The position numbers and the translations under genes are program-made. A DNA stretch of 5,802 nt. Origin: a virus (lineage: Duplodnaviria > Heunggongvirae > Uroviricota > Caudoviricetes). The notes under the pieces were generated by a model, which saw nothing but the letters and a program-made list of their open reading frames with translations, was not told the origin of the DNA and ran no database searches. Shown piece after piece: positions 1 to 5,802 of the stretch (position 1 is its first letter; every line of letters starts with the position of its first letter). The DNA lies in IMG/VR virus record IMGVR_UViG_2737471861_000007; one strand, given 5' to 3'.

Positions 1-2766
1 CTGGTCGGCGTGCAGGTGGATTCGGAGCAGTTCGGCAGCCAGCAGGTGAGCCGTAATTATCATCTTCGCGGGCGCATTCTGCAGGTGCCGTCGAATTATA
101 ACCCGCAGACGCGGCAATACAGCGGTATCTGGGACGGAACGTTAAAACCGGCATACAGCAACAACATGGCCTGGTGTCTGTGGGATATGCTGACCCACCC
201 GCGCTACGGCATGGGGAAACGTCTTGGTGCGGCAGATGTGGATAAATGGGCGCTGTATGTCATCGGCCAGAATTGCGACCAGTCGGTGCCGGACGGCTTT
301 GGCGGTACGGAGCCGCGCATCACCTGTAACGCTTACCTGACCACACAACGTAAGGCGTGGGATGTGCTCAGTGATTTCTGCTCGGCGATGCGCTGTATGC
401 CGGTATGGAACGGGCAGACGCTGACGTTCGTGCAGGACCGACCGTCGGATAAGGTGTGGACCTATAACCGCAGTAATGTGGTGATGCCGGATGATGGCGC
501 GCCGTTCCGCTACAGCTTCAGCGCCCTGAAAGACCGCCATAATGCCGTTGAGGTGAACTGGATTGACCCGGATAACGGCTGGGAGACGGCAACAGAGCTT
601 GTGGAGGACTCGCAGGCCATTGCCCGTTACGGTCGTAACGTCACGAAGATGGATGCCTTTGGCTGTACCAGCCGGGGGCAGGCACACCGCGCCGGGCTGT
701 GGCTGATTAAAACGGAGCTGCTGGAAACGCAGACGGTGGACTTCAGCGTGGGTGCCGAAGGGCTTCGCCATGTGCCGGGCGATGTCATTGAAATCTGTGA
801 TGATGACTATGCCGGTATCAGCACCGGCGGGCGCGTGCTGGCGGTAAACAGTCAGACCCGGACGCTGACGCTCGACCGTGAAATCACGCTGCCATCCTCC
901 GGCACCACGCTGATAAGCCTGGTTGACGGAAGTGGTAATCCGGTCAGCGTGGAGGTTCAGTCCGTCACCGACGGACTTAAGGTGAAAGTGAACCGGGTTC
1001 CTGACGGTGTTGCTGAATACAGCGTATGGGGGCTGAAGCTGCCGACGCTGCGCCAGCGACTGTTCCGCTGCGTGAGTATCCGTGAGAACGACGACGGCAC
1101 GTATGCCATCACCGCCGTGCAGCATGTGCCGGAAAAAGAGGCCATCGTGGATAACGGGGCGCACTTTGACGGCGACCAGAGCGGCACGGTGAATGGTGTC
1201 ACGCCGCCAGCGGTGCAGCACCTGACTGCCGAAGTCACCGCAGACAGCGGGGAATATCAGGTACTGGCCCGCTGGGACACGCCGAAGGTGGTGAAGGGGG
1301 TGAGCTTTATGCTTCGCCTGACCGTGGCAGCGGATGACGGCAGTGAGCGGCTGGTCAGCACGGCCCGGACGACGGAAACCACATACCGCTTCAGGCAACT
1401 GGCGCTGGGGCGTTACGCGCTGACGGTCCGGGCGGTAAATGCGTGGGGACAGCAGGGCGATCCGGCATCGGTATCGTTCCGGATTGCCGCCCCGGCAGCG
1501 CCGTCGCGGATTGAGCTGACGCCGGGCTATTTTCAGATAACCGCAACGCCGCATCTTGCGGTTTATGACCCGACGGTACAGTTTGAGTTCTGGTTCTCGG
1601 AAACGCGGATTACCGATATCAGGCAGGTTGAAACCACAGCCCGCTACCTTGGCACGGGGCTGTACTGGATAGCCGCCAGTATCAATATCAAACCGGGTCG
1701 TGATTATTACTTTTATATCCGCAGTGTGAACACCGTTGGCAAATCGGCATTCGTGGAGGCCGTCGGTCGGGCGAGCGATGATGCGGAAGGTTACCTGGAT
1801 TTTTTCAAAGGCAAGATAACCGAATCCCATCTCGGTAAAGAGCTGCTGGAAAAAGTTGATCTGACGGAGGATAACGCCAGCAGACTGGATGAGTTTTCGA
1901 AAGAGTGGAAGGACGCCAGTGATAAGTGGAATGCCATGTGGGCTGTTAAAATTGAGCAGACCAAAGACGGCAAACATTATGTCGCGGGTATTGGCCTCAG
2001 CATGGAGGACACGGAGGAAGGCAAACTGAGTCAGTTTCTGGTTGCCGCTAACCGTATCGCATTTATTGACCCGGCAAACGGGAATGAAACGCCGATGTTT
2101 GTGGCGCAGGGCAATCAGATATTCATGAATGACGTGTTCCTGAAACGCCTGACGGCCCCCACCATTACCAGCGGCGGTAATCCTCCGGCATTTTCCCTGA
2201 CGCCTGATGGCCGGCTGACGGCGAAAAATGCCGATATCAGTGGCAGTGTGAATGCGAACTCAGGGACGCTCAACAATGTCACGATAAATGAAAACTGTAC
2301 GATTAAGGGCATGCTGGAGGCGACCCAGGTCAGAGGTGACTTCGTTAAAGCAGTATCAAAATCATTCCCGAAGAAGGCTGGTACGTGGGGTAACACAGAA
2401 ACACCCAACGGGACGGTTACAGTTACCATCAGCGATGATCATAACTTTGACCGTCAAATCATTATTCCGCCCATTATTTTTAACGGTGTCGCATATGACG
2501 ATCCGGGGAGCGGAAATAACCCCGGAGGCACGCGATACACGGGTTATGGTTTTGAAGTTCGCAAAAACGGCGTATTAATCGCATCCAGAGAAACTAAAGG
2601 GGCCATTCCCGGTAGCTACAGTGCGGTTATTGATATGCCGAGTGGCAGGGGAAGCGTCACTCTGGAGTTTAAGGTTTTCCAGAAAGGCAATCAGGGGGCA
2701 GGTAATATCACCGACTGTACGGTGATTGTGACCAAAAAAGCCGCTTCCGGCATCAGTATTCGTTGA
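1..2766 (+). CDS. J: Tail-tip host-specificity protein J (central tail fibre), C-terminal 918 codons; 5'-partial. The frame is open from base 1, so the GTG at 10 used by the ORF track is not the real start. Stop is TGA at 2764-2766.
   Basis: Single 2.7-kb open frame with no internal stops. The translation ([46 protein letters not shown]...[21 protein letters not shown]...[16 protein letters not shown]...) matches the lambda gpJ sequence as I recall it over most of its length. It lies immediately upstream of lom and stf, as in lambda. The middle of the protein (about nt 1195-1780) contains two fibronectin-III-like segments ([10 protein letters not shown]...[17 protein letters not shown]; FQITATP...[14 protein letters not shown]). 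Confidence 0.92.
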   Translation: MVGVQVDSEQFGSQQVSRNYHLRGRILQVPSNYNPQTRQYSGIWDGTLKPAYSNNMAWCLWDMLTHPRYGMGKRLGAADVDKWALYVIGQNCDQSVPDGFGGTEPRITCNAYLTTQRKAWDVLSDFCSAMRCMPVWNGQTLTFVQDRPSDKVWTYNRSNVVMPDDGAPFRYSFSALKDRHNAVEVNWIDPDNGWETATELVEDSQAIARYGRNVTKMDAFGCTSRGQAHRAGLWLIKTELLETQTVDFSVGAEGLRHVPGDVIEICDDDYAGISTGGRVLAVNSQTRTLTLDREITLPSSGTTLISLVDGSGNPVSVEVQSVTDGLKVKVNRVPDGVAEYSVWGLKLPTLRQRLFRCVSIRENDDGTYAITAVQHVPEKEAIVDNGAHFDGDQSGTVNGVTPPAVQHLTAEVTADSGEYQVLARWDTPKVVKGVSFMLRLTVAADDGSERLVSTARTTETTYRFRQLALGRYALTVRAVNAWGQQGDPASVSFRIAAPAAPSRIELTPGYFQITATPHLAVYDPTVQFEFWFSETRITDIRQVETTARYLGTGLYWIAASINIKPGRDYYFYIRSVNTVGKSAFVEAVGRASDDAEGYLDFFKGKITESHLGKELLEKVDLTEDNASRLDEFSKEWKDASDKWNAMWAVKIEQTKDGKHYVAGIGLSMEDTEEGKLSQFLVAANRIAFIDPANGNETPMFVAQGNQIFMNDVFLKRLTAPTITSGGNPPAFSLTPDGRLTAKNADISGSVNANSGTLNNVTINENCTIKGMLEATQVRGDFVKAVSKSFPKKAGTWGNTETPNGTVTVTISDDHNFDRQIIIPPIIFNGVAYDDPGSGNNPGGTRYTGYGFEVRKNGVLIASRETKGAIPGSYSAVIDMPSGRGSVTLEFKVFQKGNQGAGNITDCTVIVTKKAASGISIR

Positions 2767-2786
2767 AATTGTTATAACCCATATAA

Positions 2787-2813
2787 GGGCACCAGAAATG
2801 GTGCCTTTTTTAT
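2787..2813 (+). terminator. Rho-independent terminator downstream of J: 6-bp GC-rich stem GGCACC/GGTGCC with loop AGAAAT, followed by TTTTTTATT
   Basis: Read directly from the sequence: gGGCACCagaaatGGTGCCttttttatt, starting 21 nt after the J stop codon. The short stem makes it a moderate-strength candidate. Confidence 0.6.
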
Positions 2814-2824
2814 TGCAGAAAAGC

Positions 2825-2830
2825 GAGAGG
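2825..2830 (+). promoter_or_regulatory. Shine-Dalgarno sequence (GAGAGG) for lom, 5 nt upstream of the ATG
   Basis: The sequence reads GAGAGGtaattATG, with canonical purine-rich content and spacing. Confidence 0.55.
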
Positions 2831-2835
2831 TAATT

Positions 2836-3435
2836 ATGCGTAAACTTTATGCCGCCATTTTGTCCGCAGCCATCTGTCTGGCCGTATCCGGTGCGCCTGC
2901 ATGGGCGTCTGAACATCAGTCCACGCTGAGCGCGGGCTATCTTCATGCCTCGACGAACGTTTCCGGCAGCGATGATCTGAACGGGATTAACGTGAAATAC
3001 CGTTATGAGTTTACGGACACGCTGGGAATGGTGACGTCATTCAGCTATGCAGGAGACAAGAATCGCCAGCTTACCCGTTACAGCGATACCCGCTGGCATG
3101 AAGATTCCGTGCGTAACCGCTGGTTCAGCGTGATGGCGGGGCCGTCTGTACGCGTGAATGAATGGTTCAGCGCGTATGCGATGGCAGGCGTGGCTTACAG
3201 CCGTGTGTCGACTTTTTCCGGGGATTACCTCCGCGTAACTGACAACAAGGGGAAAACGCACGATGTGCTGACCGGAAGTGATGACGGTCGCCACAGCAAC
3301 ACGTCTCTGGCGTGGGGGGCTGGCGTGCAGTTTAACCCGACCGAATCCGTGGCCGTTGACGTCGCTTATGAAGGCTCCGGCAGCGGTGACTGGCGTACCA
3401 ACAGTTTCATCGTGGGTGTCGGTTATAAATTCTGA
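2836..3435 (+). CDS. lom: Lom outer-membrane protein, Ail/Lom/PagC/OmpX-type beta-barrel family, 199 aa, with a predicted 24-aa signal peptide (2836-2907, cleavage after AWA)
   Basis: Complete ORF with ATG start and an upstream RBS. The N-terminus ([24 protein letters not shown]) is a typical Sec signal peptide. The C-terminus ([26 protein letters not shown]) matches the lambda Lom C-terminus as I recall it and ends in the aromatic residue typical of outer-membrane beta-barrels. Other motifs ([21 protein letters not shown]) fit the Ail/Lom family. The position between J and stf is the classical lambda lom locus. Confidence 0.92.
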
Positions 3436-3461
3436 TTAGCCAGGTAACACAGTGTTATGAC

Positions 3462-3489
3462 AGCCCGCCGTTTCAGGCGGGCTTTTTTG
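3462..3489 (+). terminator. Rho-independent terminator downstream of lom: 8-bp stem AGCCCGCC/GGCGGGCT with loop GTTTCA, followed by TTTTTTG
   Basis: Read directly from the sequence: AGCCCGCCgtttcaGGCGGGCTtttttt, beginning 27 nt after the lom stop codon and ending about 10 nt before the stf start. Perfect GC-rich stem followed by a T-tract. Confidence 0.7.
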
Positions 3490-3499
3490 TGGGGTGAAT

Positions 3500-5802
3500 A
3501 TGGCAGTAAAGATTTCAGGTGTACTGAAAGACGGCACAGGAAAACCGGTACAGAACTGCACAATCCAGCTGAAAGCAAAACGTAACAGTACCACTGTGGT
3601 GGTGAACACGCTGGCCTCAGAAAATCCGGATGAAGCCGGGCGTTACAGCATGGACGTTGAGTACGGTCAGTACAGCGTTATTCTGTTGGTGGAGGGATTC
3701 CCGCCGTCACATGCCGGGACCATCACCGTGTATGAAGATTCTCAACCCGGTACGCTGAATGATTTTCTCGGTGCCATGACGGAGGATGATGCCCGTCCGG
3801 AGGCACTGCGCCGTTTTGAACTGATGGTGGAAGAGGTGGCGCGTAACGCGTCCGCGGTGGCACAGAACACAGCAGCCGCGAAGAAGTCAGCCAGCGATGC
3901 CAGCACATCAGCCCGTGAGGCGGCAACCCATGCGACTGATGCTGCAGGCTCAGCACGCGCAGCCAGCACGTCAGCCGGACAGGCCGCGTCGTCGGCTCAG
4001 TCAGCGTCTTCCAGCGCAGGAACGGCATCAGCAAAGGCCACTGAAGCATCAAAAAGTGCTGCCGCTGCAGAGTCCTCAAAAAGCGCGGCGGCTACCAGTG
4101 CCGGTGCAGCGAAAACGTCAGAAACGAATGCGGCAGCGTCACAACAATCAGCCGCCACGTCTGCATCCACCGCGACCTCGAAAGCGTCAGAAGCTGCCAC
4201 GTCAGCCAGGGATGCGGCGGTCTCAAAAGAGGCGGCAAAATCATCAGAAACGAGCGCAGCCTCGAGCGCCGGTAGCGCAGCTTCCTCGGCAACGGCGGCA
4301 GGAAATTCCGCGAAGGCGGCAAAAACGTCCGAGACGAACGCTAAGTCTTCTGAAACGGCAGCGGGACAGAGTGCCTCAGCTGCGGCAGGCTCAAAAACAG
4401 CGGCTGCGTCGTCTGCCAGTGCAGCGTCAACAAGTGCCGGGCAGGCCTCAGCCAGTGCCACCGCCGCCGGAAAATCGGCAGAAAGCGCCGCATCGTCCGC
4501 TTCAACAGCCACAACGAAGGCTGGCGAAGCCACTGAACAGGCCAGTGCAGCAGCGAGGTCTGCTTCCGCAGCGAAGACATCCGAGACGAACGCGAAAGCG
4601 TCGGAAACCAGTGCAGAATCCTCAAAAATGGCAGCCGCATCGTCCGCCAGTTCGGCGGCGTCATCGGCATCATCTGCGTCTGCTTCAAAAGATGAGGCGA
4701 CCAGACAGGCGTCAGCAGCGAGGGGCAGCGCCACGACGGCATCCACGAAGGCGACAGAGGCTGCTGGCAGTGCGGCAGCGGCAGCACAGAGCAAAAGTAC
4801 GGCAGAATCCGCAGCAACGCGCGCTGAGACAGCGGCAAAACGGGCAGAGGATATTGCATCCGCCGTGGCGCTTGAGGATGCGAGCACGACGAAAAAGGGG
4901 ATAGTCCAGCTAAGCAGCGCGACTAACAGCACTTCCGAGTCACAGGCGGCAACGCCAAAAGCCGTTAAGGCCGCGTATGACCTGGCTAACGGGAAATACA
5001 CCGCACAGGATGCAACGACAGCACAGAAAGGGATAGTTCAGCTCAGCAGCGCGACCAACAGCACATCTGAAATGCTGGCGGCAACGCCAAAGTCGGTAAA
5101 GGCAGCCTATGACCTTGCTAACGGGAAATATACTGCTCAGGACGCTACGACAGCACAAAAAGGAATTGTCCAGCTCAGTAGTGCAACCAACAGCGCATCT
5201 GAAACGCTTGCCGCGACACCGAAAGCAGTGAAAGCAGCTAATGATAATGCGAATGGTCGGGTACCTTCTGCCCGTAAGGTGAATGGTAAGGCGCTTTCAG
5301 CGGATATAACACTGACGCCGAAAGATATTGGTACGCTTAACTCAACAACAATGTCCTTCAGCGGTGGTGCTGGTTGGTTCAAATTAGCAACGGTAACCAT
5401 GCCACAGGCGAGTTCTGTTGTTTCAATTACGTTGATTGGTGGCGCGGGATTTAACGTGGGGTCACCTCAACAGGCAGGTATATCTGAACTTGTTTTGCGT
5501 GCAGGTAATGGTAATCCGAAGGGGATTACTGGTGCTTTATGGCAGCGCACATCGACAGGGTTTACAAATTTTGCCTGGGTCAATACATCTGGTGATACTT
5601 ACGATATTTACGTTGCAATCGGAAATTATGCGACTGGTGTAAATATTCAATGGGATTATACCAGTAATGCCAGCGTGACTATTCATACGTCACCAGCATA
5701 TTCTGCTAATAAGCCGGAAGGGTTAACGGACGGTACAGTTTATTCACTCTATACGCCATCAGAGCAGTTTTATCCGCCTGGCGCACCAATCCCGTGGCCA
5801 TC
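3500..5802 (+). CDS. stf: Side tail fibre protein Stf, N-terminal 767 codons; 3'-partial. The frame stays open to the window edge, which is why it is absent from the ORF track.
   Basis: ATG at 3500-3502 preceded by a G-rich SD (GTGGGG). I translated the frame by hand and found it open to 5802. The N-terminus (MAVKISGVLKDGTGKPVQNCTIQLKA...RYSMDVEYGQYSVIL...FPPSHAGTITVYEDSQPGTLNDFL...) matches lambda Stf (orf-401) as I recall it. This is followed by an Ala/Ser/Thr-rich shaft, a 'KGIVQLSSATNSTSE..AATPKAVK' fibre repeat, and the conserved 'FYPPGAPIPWP' motif at the window end. Confidence 0.9.
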   Translation, partial: MAVKISGVLKDGTGKPVQNCTIQLKAKRNSTTVVVNTLASENPDEAGRYSMDVEYGQYSVILLVEGFPPSHAGTITVYEDSQPGTLNDFLGAMTEDDARPEALRRFELMVEEVARNASAVAQNTAAAKKSASDASTSAREAATHATDAAGSARAASTSAGQAASSAQSASSSAGTASAKATEASKSAAAAESSKSAAATSAGAAKTSETNAAASQQSAATSASTATSKASEAATSARDAAVSKEAAKSSETSAASSAGSAASSATAAGNSAKAAKTSETNAKSSETAAGQSASAAAGSKTAAASSASAASTSAGQASASATAAGKSAESAASSASTATTKAGEATEQASAAARSASAAKTSETNAKASETSAESSKMAAASSASSAASSASSASASKDEATRQASAARGSATTASTKATEAAGSAAAAAQSKSTAESAATRAETAAKRAEDIASAVALEDASTTKKGIVQLSSATNSTSESQAATPKAVKAAYDLANGKYTAQDATTAQKGIVQLSSATNSTSEMLAATPKSVKAAYDLANGKYTAQDATTAQKGIVQLSSATNSASETLAATPKAVKAANDNANGRVPSARKVNGKALSADITLTPKDIGTLNSTTMSFSGGAGWFKLATVTMPQASSVVSITLIGGAGFNVGSPQQAGISELVLRAGNGNPKGITGALWQRTSTGFTNFAWVNTSGDTYDIYVAIGNYATGVNIQWDYTSNASVTIHTSPAYSANKPEGLTDGTVYSLYTPSEQFYPPGAPIPWP
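3850..4876 (+). repeat. Low-complexity Ala/Ser/Thr/Lys/Glu-rich shaft region of Stf, built from long imperfect direct repeats that include three copies of a roughly 27-nt core (4106-4132, 4315-4341, 4568-4594) encoding AAKTSETNA
   Basis: Seen in the sequence: gcagcgaaaacgtcagaaacgaatgcg, gcggcaaaaacgtccgagacgaacgct and gcagcgaagacatccgagacgaacgcg, each followed by Ser/Ala-rich stretches (SAGQASAS, ASSASAAS). The approximate period between copies is 210-250 nt. Confidence 0.65.
4877..5245 (+). repeat. Three tandem in-frame copies of a 132-nt (44-aa) phage tail-fibre repeat in Stf, at 4877-5008, 5009-5140 and 5141 to about 5245 (third copy diverges at its end)
   Basis: Translations of the three copies: DASTTKKGIVQLSSATNSTSESQAATPKAVKAAYDLANGKYTAQ; DATTAQKGIVQLSSATNSTSEMLAATPKSVKAAYDLANGKYTAQ; DATTAQKGIVQLSSATNSASETLAATPKAVKAANDNANGR... 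The copies differ mainly at synonymous positions (for example ata gtc cag cta / ata gtt cag ctc / att gtc cag ctc). Confidence 0.85.

Noticed and set aside
142-1977. 611-aa ORF on the minus strand overlapping J
   Set aside because: It is antisense to a strongly supported J coding frame. The translation is Arg/Pro/Gly-rich low-complexity sequence typical of the antisense of GC-rich coding DNA, and it has no credible RBS or start context. The nested minus-strand ORFs at 957..1238 and 1791..1973 are rejected for the same reason.
2760-2790. Candidate sigma-70 promoter for lom (TTGAAA ... TATAAG) in the J-lom spacer
   Set aside because: The spacing between the hexamers is about 12 nt, far from the 16-18 nt optimum, and the element would sit directly upstream of the terminator hairpin. 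It is not supportable from sequence alone.
2288-2946. Small ORFs at the J 3' end and J-lom junction (2288..2578 +, 2115..2429 -, 2575..2946 -)
   Set aside because: They lie inside or antisense to J and the lom start, have no RBS, and encode proteins without recognisable features. They are most likely chance ORFs.
3897-4904. 335-aa Arg/Gln/Pro-rich ORF on the + strand in an alternative frame to stf
   Set aside because: It is a frame-shifted reading of the GCN/CAG/CGN-rich Ala/Ser shaft region of stf. The composition is extremely biased (RQRP repeats) with no RBS, and it lies entirely within the well-supported stf frame. An overlapping gene cannot be formally excluded without translation data, but nothing in the sequence supports one.
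3997-5001. 334-aa Ala-rich ORF on the minus strand (plus nested ORFs at 3723..4079, 3742..3969, 4092..4322 and 4341..4859)
   Set aside because: These are antisense and alternative-frame shadows of the stf low-complexity region. GCN-rich repeats are stop-poor in several frames.
4877-5245. Possible CRISPR-like or intergenic tandem repeat array
   Set aside because: The repeats are 132 nt long, directly adjacent with no spacers, in-frame and coding within stf, and they differ at synonymous positions. This is a protein repeat, not a CRISPR array or satellite.
4940-5642. Short ORFs 4940..5158 (-), 5137..5400 (-) and 5436..5642 (+)
   Set aside because: All lie within the stf coding region in other frames or on the opposite strand, with no independent support.
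1-5802. Hidden defence or other novel multi-gene system (toxin-antitoxin, restriction, abortive infection, retron and similar)
   Set aside because: The three + strand genes with their terminators account for essentially every base. The spacers are only about 70 and 64 nt, and no additional ORF with start signals, no RNA gene-like structure beyond the two terminators, and no integrase or att-like sequence is present. I found no sequence-level support for an additional system in this window.

Overview
This window is the distal tail-fiber module of a lambdoid (lambda-like) enterobacterial phage or prophage, all on the + strand: the C-terminal 918 codons of the tail-tip host-specificity protein J (1..2766, 5' end off-window), a rho-independent terminator, the outer-membrane moron gene lom (2836..3435), a second terminator, and the first 767 codons of the side tail fiber gene stf (3500..5802, 3' end off-window). 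Gene order and the conserved parts of the proteins match the lambda J-lom-stf arrangement as I recall it. I found no evidence of a new defence or other multi-gene system; the window is fully accounted for by these three genes. The points worth a second look are mosaic features of the receptor-recognition proteins: a compositionally distinct C-terminal domain in J, and in Stf a triplicated 44-aa fibre repeat, an AT-richer inserted domain before the conserved 'GAPIPWP' motif, and an expanded Ala/Ser/Thr-rich shaft built from long imperfect repeats. The remaining ORFs in the six-frame track are alternative-frame or antisense shadows of these genes. All homology statements rest on my memory of the lambda proteins, not a database search.
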